A DNA stretch of 64,000 nt from Candidatus Poribacteria bacterium (GTDB lineage Bacteria > Poribacteria > WGA-4E > PCPOR2b): contig OZ240245.1 in NCBI GenBank assembly GCA_965198175.1, forward strand, positions 3,104,001 to 3,168,000. Direction: 5' to 3'. The notes below the pieces were generated by a model, which searched no databases, was not told the origin of the DNA, and worked only from the letters and a program-made list of their open reading frames with translations. This document shows positions 1 to 9,312 of this stretch, in pieces (positions within the stretch are counted from its first letter, which is position 1; each line of letters starts with the position of its first letter). The position numbers and the translations under genes were made by a program.

Positions 1-124
1 CAAGTCAATAATTTCATCCAGGTGATAACGTGTATGTTCACGCGGATTGCGGCAATGTAATCGTAATGGAATAGTTACGAGTGTGCTAAAGTGAGTTGCG
101 ATTGAGAAAATAGGAGGAACCCCG

Positions 125-789
125 ATGTCCTGCAAACGCTACCAACTCGTGATTTTTGATTTTGATGGCACGGTTGCAGACACAAAGGAGGGGATTGCTG
201 AGACACTAAACCAAACGCTCATTCACTTCGGCTATGTTCCCGTCGCTCCTGAGCGAATATATGGATTAATCGGACTGTCTTTGGGTACGATTTTTGAGCG
301 TATTGTAGGCCGGGAGATAAACAAAGAACCCGTCGAAACGCTGGTTGATTACTACCGGGAAATCTACGACTCCGTGGTACCACCGAAGACTAAGCTCTTT
401 GGTGGAATTCAGGAAGTGCTCGACTATCTCCAGAAGACACAAACCCTAATTGCAATCGCCACAAGCAAGGGACTGCGTGGGGTCACAAGGATGCTTGACA
501 CACTACGTATCCGCGATAAAATGTGCATGTATCATTACCGATCATTCTGTGGCCAAGAAGAAACCTCAACCAGATATGTTGCACCGTATCTTAAATGAAA
601 TTGGCATTGAATCAAAAGACGCCCTGATCGTTGGCGACACAGTTTATGATGTGAAGATGGGGAAGAACGCCGGCGTGGATACGTGTGCGGTGACTTAATG
701 GTGTGCACGGTCATGACGAATTGTCTCGTGAATTACCGACTTATCTTGTTGATTCCCCTAGGGAGTTACTAGAGGTAATTGTAGGATGA
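125..789 (+). pseudogene. HAD-family hydrolase (phosphoglycolase/Gph-like), split by two +1 frameshifts
   Basis: Motif I 'FDFDGT' in ORF 125..598. Motifs 'KKKPQPD' and 'IVGDTVYD..MGKNAG' lie in a second frame (450..698). Removing one A at 518-521 and one A at 697-698 restores ...RDKCACIIT...VTYGVHGHDEL... to TGA at 787-789. Confidence 0.8.
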
Positions 790-917
790 GACCTGAGTTT
801 GTTCAACATGATGTCGGGGTTGCATTTTAGGGGAGTTTCAACCTATTACCCGACGAAAAGGAGACTGTAAACTTTCCGAATCAGGACAGGAATGTCACTC
901 CAATAGATTCTCGCGAA

Positions 918-1949
918 TTATCGCCAATGCAGATCGAAAAAATCGTGAGTGCTTGAGGTAATCTGCCGCATTTTGCCCGTGTCAACATCCAAAATAAAAA
1001 TCTCGGTAGATTCTCGTCCGCCCGATTCGTGCCCGATGAATGCAATCTGAGACCCGTCCGGACGCCATGTCGCATCCCGCCCCCTGTAAAAGCTAAGGTT
1101 TTGATAGCTCCTGAATCGTCCGTTCTCTACCGCGGCGACGCAGACTTTGCCCGACGTATAAAATAGGATCTGTTTACCATCCGGCGACCACTCCTCAATC
1201 TTGTGGCACGGTGGCTCGTCGTGTTGGAGAAACCATAATCCAGTTGCACCGACGACATCCGGTTCTGCCAGTGCAAGGAAGTGATTGTTAGTCTTAAACG
1301 CAATCCATTTGCGGTTCGGCGACCACTCGGGCCATTTAGTCTCCTCCGGCAACGCTTCAATCAATCTGTTTCTCGGTTCTTTGACCTTCTCGCCTTTCGC
1401 ATCCCAGTGACGCCATCCCTCTGCCCACCGGCGGGTTCTCCACCGCTTTGTTGATTCTCCGTCAATCGTTACAGCCCAGTTTTCCAATTGTTTCCTTGCC
1501 TGCTCGACTTCAACCGCAACAAGAACCGCATGACTTAACGGAGACCACCAGAAATCGTGAATGCGATATTGTGCCTTGACGATCCGCCTACTCTCAGCGC
1601 CGTCTGCCGTCATCACACAGAGCGATTCAGCCCCATCAACTCCGGAGATGTAAGCGATTCGCCCTCTGTCCGGTGACCATCGCGGTCTGCGAGAAACTCC
1701 ATCGTCTGTGAGTTGGCGGAAATTAATTCCGGTTGGATCCATCGTGCAGATATTATACTCATAGAACTCCCACCATTTAGTCGTCCCCCGACCTTTTTCC
1801 AACGTTCCCGTCGCAGCTCGGAATCAATCTTGATGCAGTAACGGCTTGCGGATGGCAAAAACCAATTTCCCGCCTCCATCTTGTGCAGGCACGACACCGC
1901 TTACCATAATGACCAATACGAACACAATCATCACACATTTCATGCGCAT
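918..1949 (-). CDS. Secreted TolB-like (PD40/WD40-like beta-propeller) protein with an in-frame TGA at 1824-1826
   Basis: Repeated 'P.WSPDG..IAF' motifs in ORF 918..1802. In the same frame upstream, ATG 1949 gives the signal peptide MRMKCVMIVFVLVIMVSGVVPA, separated from the rest by one TGA. Confidence 0.75.
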
Positions 1950-2129
1950 AAGATAGCCTTTCCGAGGACACAATGGGATACTCGCATCCCCATAATTCGC
2001 TGTAGGATTATTTCATCGCCCCTATAGAAAAGGTACTTAAAGGTAAAACCACTGCCGAGATCGACTCTGTAAAAGAATTGAGAAACACTGTTTCATGTTA
2101 GCTATACTGCAGTCTCTGTTGAATTGTAC

Positions 2130-5100
2130 TCAAACCGATTTGCGATAGAGAATCAGATGCTTGTAATCAATCGTCACCTCAAAAGCGGTCCGCAATCCAT
2201 CGACGTATGGGCTCCGCGCCGCGTCATCCCCATTGATGATCTCGATTGTAATCCGGGGAATTGGCTGAAATTCTCGCATGAGCAGATGATGTAGGACACC
2301 GATATATTCCTGCATTTTCGGGTCGTCGTGTGGTACTTTAAATCTCAGCGCTTTGCCATTTCGCTCTGATATCATCACAATTTTTTGGCCTTGATAGACC
2401 AAATGTGTGCTAGGAACTCGCTTGGGCGTCGTCCCCTTGATGACATCAAGTTGTATCCCGCACAATGATGCTGGATCAGCGGCATTCATCCAGAAAAGTT
2501 TATCTTCCGGAAGTCGTCGGCTTAATCTCCGAAACGCCTGATGTGAGATAAACTGTGGGCCCGGGATGCCATGAAAGAAACATCCTGCTAATACCTCGCC
2601 GGACAGTTCCATGATCCGCAATGATCGAAATATGTCCGACCAACGAAACGCGGGCAGCTCTTTCTGGAGCAATTCCCGGAACAAGATTCCGTATCGATTC
2701 AGCAACAGCCTTGCGCGGTCTTTCTTCCGCTCTTCAGCCTCAATGAGGTCTTCCGTGGGATCTAGGGTTGGTAGTCGGTGCCAATTGCCGATATAGGAAC
2801 TTGAACTCTTCCATCTACCAAATTCGGTGCGGTGGCTGAGACGACGGTGCCTGCTGTATCTTCTACATATGCCAACTTCTGGGTGTTTGAACTTGCTTTG
2901 TATCCCTCTTCGAAGTGACATAAATGTGTCGTTCGTTACGAGACCTGCCCAAACGAATTCCCAGAGTTGCTCCGTCAATTGGGTTGCACTGAGTGTTGAC
3001 GTTCGTAAAAGGGAAGCGAAATCGTAACGCCCAGTCTCGTCTGGAAACAGATTTTCGATTCCTCCGCTTCCGCGCGTATCCATACGTTGTGTCGGGGCGT
3101 CCATCTCCTTCGTGTTCTCACACTCAGCATCCGGCAGCTCATTTCTATCTTTCCCGTTTTCTTCCTGCATGAGGTCAAGATCCGGATCAAAGCAGAGTGC
3201 CACGCGTCGGTTTTCACTGCCAACCCACCGAAGGTCGCCTTCCATCATGATTGTATCAAGCCACGACGTGGTATAGGTGTGGAGTCGAGCCGGGAAAATC
3301 TCTGACTCCCAGAGCCCCGCTTGTGCCGGAAAACAAGCCAATTGTTCGATGCAAGCGAACAAGCTTTCGACATCGTCTGCCAGAGTTGTGAGTCCTTGGA
3401 AGTCGGCAAGAAAGAGCTGCAACCATTCAAACTCAAGCGGTTCAAATGTCGGAATCGCATCTCGTCGGGTCAGACGCAAGAGAATCTCGAAGTTGTCACT
3501 GTCGCAGATGGTCTCTCCGATGGTTTCCGCTACGAGTTGACCGGTGACAATCCTTTGCGAATCAACGAGGTCTTCGAGCAACGGTTGCAATCGTTCGCTT
3601 TCGATACCCAGCGTTTCTTGAATGAATTCGGCGGTTGTGGGACCATAGAATTGCAACCATTCGCCCAGCAGCGAGGTAACGGCTTGCGTGTCCCTGAAGT
3701 CGGTCTGTTCACTGTAATCGTCGAGTGAGATTGGATGTTCCCGCAGTCGATCTGTTGATTGATTGAATAGTTCAACATCAACCGCCTCTATATCGTCGAA
3801 TAAGGTGCGGATTCGGGGTATTGTTTCCACAGCAACGATCAACAGTTTGGAAGTTCGAGGGAGTCTTACCCGCACAAGTTTATCATCAACAGAGCTGAGG
3901 AGTTCGTCCAACTCGAGTTGGTGATCGTTATGGATAGCGTCCAGGAGAGCTCCCCATTCCGATGCGGGGATGATAAGCCGTTCCTTTACCCAATCGACCA
4001 AGTCGGGAGGTGTTTGTGGGGAATACCCCGGACTCAGTCGCTGACGCTTCTGTTCAAACTGTTGAGCAAGCACTTGCGTTACAGTCGGGCGTAATCCCGG
4101 CGTAAACACGACATCGCGCAGGAGATCGTTTCGGAGCATAGAAGTGTGGCTCGATTTGGCATAGTCGCCCATATACATATACTCGTTTACCTGTCGCCAA
4201 GAGGCATTTTGCGCCATCGGACTGGCATAGCGAGTATGCACCGCTGTCCAAGAGATTGAACCGGACTCAAGCTCTGCGAGCACCTGCTGTAGGCTGTCCA
4301 AATCGAACTCGTCTTGAAGGCAGGTACGCCACGTCTCAAGCAGAATGGGGAAATCCTCGTATTTCATCACCGCCGTCATTAATTTCTGCGATCGTAGGCG
4401 GCTCAACCAGAGGGGCATCCGTTGATTCATCTTGCCGGATGTCAAGAGTAATGAACAACCGGCGCACTCTCTGAATCTTGCGCTGAAGAATCCAGAACCT
4501 TCGAGCTGTTCTCTTAGGAGGGGTTGGAGCGCTGTGCTTGTTACCATTGACAGGAGTTCCTCCACAGGCAGATTATCTGGCAGCATCAGGACGATACAAT
4601 CGTCAGTGGCATGAATTTCCAGTTGATAGCCAAAACGCGCTGCCCATGCAGACGAAAGCGCTAACCCAAATGGTCGATTAACTTTGGCACCCCAGAAGGT
4701 GTGAATCACCACCTGATTTCCCGGCACACTGTCATGGCCCGTCGGGACCATTTCGATTAGGAGATGATGCCGATGTGGCAGGTCGCATCCCGTTGCTTGC
4801 TTCTGTCTTTTCAGAAAGTCGATTAGTTGCGCTGCTGCCGTTGTATCCATGCAATTTACCCGCTGTAGATCGTCGGCAAAGTCGGGGTCGTCCAGCCGAT
4901 CGTTCGCGGCTTCGAGAAAAAGGCCGACACGTTCCGAAAAGTGGAAGTCACGTCCAAAGTCTTCCGCTCGCCAAAATGGCGTTTCCTTCCGGTCAGATTT
5001 ATTTGGCAGGACAAATACATCGCTATGGCTCACGCGCTCAACCCTCCACGATTGCGTACCAAGCGTGAATACGCTTCCCTCTCCATTTTCCCAGACAAAC

Positions 5101-6686
5101 TCCTCATCAAGCTCGCCGATTCTGGCATTGGTCTCAAAGTGGCGCATATGAAAATATCCACGGTCAGGGATTGTCCCACCAAACATGTATACTGCTTGTA
5201 TCGCTCCCTTTCTAGATGATACTGTATTATCGAGCCGGTCAATTGAAACACGCGGCTTGAGTTCACGGATACGGCTGTTGGCGTAGCGCCCTGCCAACAT
5301 ATTCAGCACTTGGTCGAACTGCTCGCGACTGAGGAATCGGTACGGATAACTCGTCCTTAATTGCATATAGAGTTCATCAATGTCCCACGTCTCCATCGCC
5401 GCCATTGAGATGATAATCTGTGATAACACGTCGAGGGGACATTTGACAGGTTTGACGGCTTCGATTGACTGGTTGCCAATTGCGTCCGAGAGGACAGCGG
5501 CGTCAAGAAAGTCGCGCGAATGTGTCGGGAACACCGTAGCACGACTCACCTCACCAACCTGGTGACCTGCACGACCGATTCGTTGAATCGCCGAAGATAT
5601 TGAGAACGGGGATTGGATAAGCACAACTTCATCAAGCGCACCGATGTCAATGCCCATCTCCAGTGAACTTGTCGCGATAATCGCTTTCAATTCACCAGCT
5701 TTGAGTTTTGCTTCAACCGTTTCGCGAATTTCGCGTGAGAGTGAGCCGTGATGTGCGTAGGCGATCGGTTGATCTTCGTCGGCGTTAATCTTCAACGTCA
5801 ATCGCTCGCAGAGCCGCCTGCTGTTGGCAAAAAGGAGGGTTGAGCGGTTCCGGACGATAATCTCTTTAAAAGCATCAATCAGCGGATCCCAAAACGACTC
5901 GCGAGTCGGGTCTTCGGCGGCTACTTGGGGGAATCGTACGTGAACATCGTACTGCTTGTTGGCTTTGGAACATATAGTCGAGATGGATCTCGCTGTGTAA
6001 TGCGGGTCATGTACGTTGCCATCGGTTGTATATCCGCCGACAAACTCGGCGACAGTCTCCATCGGTCGAATTGTCGCAGACAGCGCGATTCGCTGAAATT
6101 CACCGGAAAGCCGCACAAGTCGGTCCACAGCGGCGATCAGATGTGTCCCTCGCTTTGTGCCGACAACGGCGTGAATCTCGTCGAGAATTATCGTTGAAAT
6201 CTCCGTCAGGATAGACCTGCCACTACCCGAGCTTAACAGAAGATTCAGGCTTTCAGGCGTCGTTATGAGAATCTCCGGCGGGTGACGCTGCATTTGACGG
6301 CGGTCTGACTGTGGCGTGTCCCCGCTACGGGTCAAGACGCGGATGCTGGGGAATGAATGTCCCGCGTCTTCAAAGACCTGTCTCAGTCCACGAAGCGGTT
6401 CAAGTAGGTTACGCCGGATGTCGTTGTTGAGTGCCTTCAACGGTGAAACATAAAGGACGCTTGTGTGCCCAATGGGCAATGCCTCCGTCACCAGTTGATT
6501 TATTGACCACAGAAACGCCGTCAAGGTCTTGCCGCTGCCTGTTGGTGCGGTGATAAGAACATGCTCACCATCAGCTATCTTCGGCCAGGCCTGCGCTTGT
6601 ACATCCGTGGGCTCTCCAATGTTGCCTGTAAACCATTTTTCAACCAGCGGGTGAAATCGAGGGGGAATGGGCAGACTCATGTGCAC
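2130..6686 (-). CDS. lhr: Lhr-family ATP-dependent DEAD/DEAH helicase, long form with C-terminal winged-helix/glycosylase-like region
   Basis: APTGSGKT, DEIH, SAT, HHGSLS, 'SSLEMGIDIG', QRIGRAGH, 'GTIPDRG..IGELDEEFV', C-terminal 'LL.RYGILFRE...G.F..G..G.QF' and 'NAADPA'. Confidence 0.92.
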   Translation of the reverse strand: MHMSLPIPPRFHPLVEKWFTGNIGEPTDVQAQAWPKIADGEHVLITAPTGSGKTLTAFLWSINQLVTEALPIGHTSVLYVSPLKALNNDIRRNLLEPLRGLRQVFEDAGHSFPSIRVLTRSGDTPQSDRRQMQRHPPEILITTPESLNLLLSSGSGRSILTEISTIILDEIHAVVGTKRGTHLIAAVDRLVRLSGEFQRIALSATIRPMETVAEFVGGYTTDGNVHDPHYTARSISTICSKANKQYDVHVRFPQVAAEDPTRESFWDPLIDAFKEIIVRNRSTLLFANSRRLCERLTLKINADEDQPIAYAHHGSLSREIRETVEAKLKAGELKAIIATSSLEMGIDIGALDEVVLIQSPFSISSAIQRIGRAGHQVGEVSRATVFPTHSRDFLDAAVLSDAIGNQSIEAVKPVKCPLDVLSQIIISMAAMETWDIDELYMQLRTSYPYRFLSREQFDQVLNMLAGRYANSRIRELKPRVSIDRLDNTVSSRKGAIQAVYMFGGTIPDRGYFHMRHFETNARIGELDEEFVWENGEGSVFTLGTQSWRVERVSHSDVFVLPNKSDRKETPFWRAEDFGRDFHFSERVGLFLEAANDRLDDPDFADDLQRVNCMDTTAAAQLIDFLKRQKQATGCDLPHRHHLLIEMVPTGHDSVPGNQVVIHTFWGAKVNRPFGLALSSAWAARFGYQLEIHATDDCIVLMLPDNLPVEELLSMVTSTALQPLLREQLEGSGFFSARFRECAGCSLLLTSGKMNQRMPLWLSRLRSQKLMTAVMKYEDFPILLETWRTCLQDEFDLDSLQQVLAELESGSISWTAVHTRYASPMAQNASWRQVNEYMYMGDYAKSSHTSMLRNDLLRDVVFTPGLRPTVTQVLAQQFEQKRQRLSPGYSPQTPPDLVDWVKERLIIPASEWGALLDAIHNDHQLELDELLSSVDDKLVRVRLPRTSKLLIVAVETIPRIRTLFDDIEAVDVELFNQSTDRLREHPISLDDYSEQTDFRDTQAVTSLLGEWLQFYGPTTAEFIQETLGIESERLQPLLEDLVDSQRIVTGQLVAETIGETICDSDNFEILLRLTRRDAIPTFEPLEFEWLQLFLADFQGLTTLADDVESLFACIEQLACFPAQAGLWESEIFPARLHTYTTSWLDTIMMEGDLRWVGSENRRVALCFDPDLDLMQEENGKDRNELPDAECENTKEMDAPTQRMDTRGSGGIENLFPDETGRYDFASLLRTSTLSATQLTEQLWEFVWAGLVTNDTFMSLRRGIQSKFKHPEVGICRRYSRHRRLSHRTEFGRWKSSSSYIGNWHRLPTLDPTEDLIEAEERKKDRARLLLNRYGILFRELLQKELPAFRWSDIFRSLRIMELSGEVLAGCFFHGIPGPQFISHQAFRRLSRRLPEDKLFWMNAADPASLCGIQLDVIKGTTPKRVPSTHLVYQGQKIVMISERNGKALRFKVPHDDPKMQEYIGVLHHLLMREFQPIPRITIEIINGDDAARSPYVDGLRTAFEVTIDYKHLILYRKSV

Positions 6687-6921
6687 TGCTCCTTCGTTGA
6701 TGTCATTGACCGATTGACTAGACAGAATCGCTAACTTTGAATGATGCGCGATATAGGCAAATACAAAGTCAAAATTACGCGCCTTTTTTCGATGAATGAA
6801 ACGGCGCTACGAATCTAGAAGGTACAGAAAAACGCGCAGTTAAAAATGCGATAGCGGTCTGAATAGAATTGGTTGTCCTTGGATGTATTGAAATGGATCA
6901 TATGAGGATATTGGAATTCTG

Positions 6922-6950
6922 TTGACTCAATTCTGGAATTTTGCTAGGAT
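6922..6950 (+). promoter_or_regulatory. Sigma70-type promoter
   Basis: TTGACT-17 bp-TAGGAT with extended -10 TG; same architecture as the promoters at 16090 and 40032. Confidence 0.6.
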
Positions 6951-6956
6951 ATTGTA

Positions 6957-7165
6957 CCATAAAGGTCGCGTTTGCGATATTGTTCTGTAACGCCAGGGGA
7001 TGTGGTCGTGACCGCCGCCTAGATGCGACTAATTGCACCGTCAAGCCAGAGATTGGTGATTAGTCCGTGTAGAGAGCGGTTACAGTGAAGTGGCCGGTTG
7101 ATGTTAACCAACAATAGATGAAGACGGTCGCCGCCAACACCATACAATTATGGAAATTGGCGGCA
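6957..7165 (+). ncRNA. Candidate structured RNA (long imperfect rod, 6S-like size, or 5' leader)
   Basis: Nested complementary segments 6978-6984/7110-7116, 6988-6995/7099-7106, 7008-7015/7076-7083, 7027-7033/7059-7065, 7036-7039/7055-7058, directly downstream of a promoter. Confidence 0.4.
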
Positions 7166-7179
7166 TAAGGAGAACCGTT

Positions 7180-8043
7180 ATGTCACGGGATTGGGTTCAT
7201 GTTGATGAAACGGACGAGTATCTGATTGATTATCTGTTCGATCTCAATGGATATATCATCTTGAAGAACGCGGTTCAGAAACAGGATCTTGAGGAAATGA
7301 ACCAGTGGATTGATTATCATTGGGATTATGTCGAAGGCAGACATCGCAATGCCGATCGAGATTCCGGCAACTGGATTGGTCATGTAGAAACACATACCTA
7401 CAGTGGCGCCGATGGCTGCAATTTCCAGAATATCATTGAGGGCGGTCCAGTGTTTCGAAGATTGATCAACTATCCTGCTTGGATAAATCACTGCCGCCGC
7501 CTTATCAATCCGACAAACAGTCTTTCGCTCCATGAAAATCTGCTGAATGTAAGGGGAAAGGGCGGATATATCGGCATTCATGGCGGCGGCGCTATTCCGC
7601 TCTGCTATTTGACATTCCGCCAAGAAAATACGGGGGAATGGATGGTCGGTCAGATAGATGTTATCGGTGCTTTGCAGGATGTGGGACCCGGTGATGGCGC
7701 GACGACCATTGTTCGCGGAAGTCACAAATCAGCCATGAAGCATCCCGTGCTGACCCAAGAGGGCTACCGCAGCGATGTAATTGCCGGCGTCCAGATTGGT
7801 ATGGAAGAAATCTATCTTGAAGCTGGTGATGCGCTGATGTTCACCGATGCGCTCACGCATGGATCCTCTGCAAGGACCAATGCAGGTTATCGTCGCACAC
7901 TTCTGTACCGCTATTCACCAGGATTCCTGCGAACCCGCTTTAATTACGTCCCTAGCCAGGCACTTATGGACGGCTTAAATGATGAGCAACGCACGATTGT
8001 TCAACCGATTCCTCCGCGTTTCGCCCCAGGACGAAGGTTATAA
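7180..8043 (+). CDS. Phytanoyl-CoA dioxygenase (PhyH)-family protein
   Basis: 'FDLNGYIILKNAV', 'DVGPGDGATTIVRGSHKS', 'AGDALMFTDALTHGS..R..RR'. Start chosen at ATG 7180 after AGGAG; the ORF track starts at 7150. Confidence 0.85.
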   Translation: MSRDWVHVDETDEYLIDYLFDLNGYIILKNAVQKQDLEEMNQWIDYHWDYVEGRHRNADRDSGNWIGHVETHTYSGADGCNFQNIIEGGPVFRRLINYPAWINHCRRLINPTNSLSLHENLLNVRGKGGYIGIHGGGAIPLCYLTFRQENTGEWMVGQIDVIGALQDVGPGDGATTIVRGSHKSAMKHPVLTQEGYRSDVIAGVQIGMEEIYLEAGDALMFTDALTHGSSARTNAGYRRTLLYRYSPGFLRTRFNYVPSQALMDGLNDEQRTIVQPIPPRFAPGRRL

Positions 8044-8179
8044 TCATTGTAACAGATGATTGTTTTGGATTCCTGAAGAAGATGGCAAATCTACGTCAAT
8101 AGTCATGCGATGGATGTGATAGATCAGATATTGGGAAATTTTTTAACAATACACACGTCGAACTAAAGGTATCGGCAGT

Positions 8180-9211
8180 ATGCCAGCGAATCTTCCTCCT
8201 GAATACTACAAACTCAAGCACCAACTTGAGGTGGCAAGGACTGATGATGAACGGCTCCCACTGTTGGAGGAGATGCTGCGGATTACACCGAAACACAAGG
8301 GTACGGACAAAGTTCGTGTGGATCTCCGGCGGCGAATCACAAAGCTGAAAAAGGGGGAGGGGAAAAAACAGGCGAAAAAAGGGCACAGCTATCATGTTCC
8401 AAAGCACGGAGCAGGACAAATTGCCCTGATTGGTGCTCCAAACGTTGGGAAGTCACAAATCGTAGCTAGCTTTACGAACGCTAAGCCCGCCGTTTCGCCA
8501 GCTCCTTATACAACGTTTGAACCAGCCGTTGGGATGCTAGATTATGAAAACATTCAATTTCAACTGATTGACATACCACCAATCACGGCGGACTTCGTGC
8601 AGCCTTGGGTGTTTGACATCGTAAGAAATGCCGATCTTCTGGCGCTAGTGCTTAGTCTTGCCAGCGATGACATACTCGATCAGATTGACAGTGTCAGATC
8701 GGAATTGATTGAAGCAAATATCCTAATTGTTGGTCAAATACATCACAGGCAGCAGGACATAGAGGAAACATCAAATAGTGATGTCGACAATGCGGATTCC
8801 TTCACTGCTAAATTTACCAAACGTGCCTTAATCGTTGCGAACCAGATGGATAATCAAGACGCATCGGATCGATTGGAGATTCTGCGCGAGTTCTACGCCG
8901 ACGATTTCCCAATCTATCCCCTTTCTGCGATAACCGGCGAAGAAATTGATGAGCTACGGATAGCAATCTATGAACAAATGGAAATCTTGCGCGTTTACAC
9001 CAAATCGCCGGCAGAACCAGTTGACCCCAAGGATCCAATTGTACTCCCGATTAATGGCACAGTGATTGAGGCAGCTACGATGCTGCACAAAGACTTCGCA
9101 GAGAACTTCAAGTATGCGCGAATCTGGGGTGTCAACTGGCATGACGGACAGACCGTTAGCCGTGATGACGTTGTTTACGACGGAGATGTTTTGGAATTTC
9201 ATATGCATTAA
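8180..9211 (+). CDS. OBG-class DRG-like GTPase with C-terminal TGS domain
   Basis: 'MPANLPPEY', 'PKHKGT', G1 GAPNVGKS, 'PYTT', 'DIPP', C-terminal 'LHKDFA..FKYARIWG...DGQ.V.RD...DGDVLEFH'. Confidence 0.88.
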   Translation: MPANLPPEYYKLKHQLEVARTDDERLPLLEEMLRITPKHKGTDKVRVDLRRRITKLKKGEGKKQAKKGHSYHVPKHGAGQIALIGAPNVGKSQIVASFTNAKPAVSPAPYTTFEPAVGMLDYENIQFQLIDIPPITADFVQPWVFDIVRNADLLALVLSLASDDILDQIDSVRSELIEANILIVGQIHHRQQDIEETSNSDVDNADSFTAKFTKRALIVANQMDNQDASDRLEILREFYADDFPIYPLSAITGEEIDELRIAIYEQMEILRVYTKSPAEPVDPKDPIVLPINGTVIEAATMLHKDFAENFKYARIWGVNWHDGQTVSRDDVVYDGDVLEFHMH

Positions 9212-9312
9212 GTTCAGTTACCCGACTTGCCGTGTCCGAATTTACGTCACTCCCAGTGGAGCTTTCACAACACAAAATGGCTGGCGAGTAAAAATTTAGG
9301 TGGGCGAAGGAA

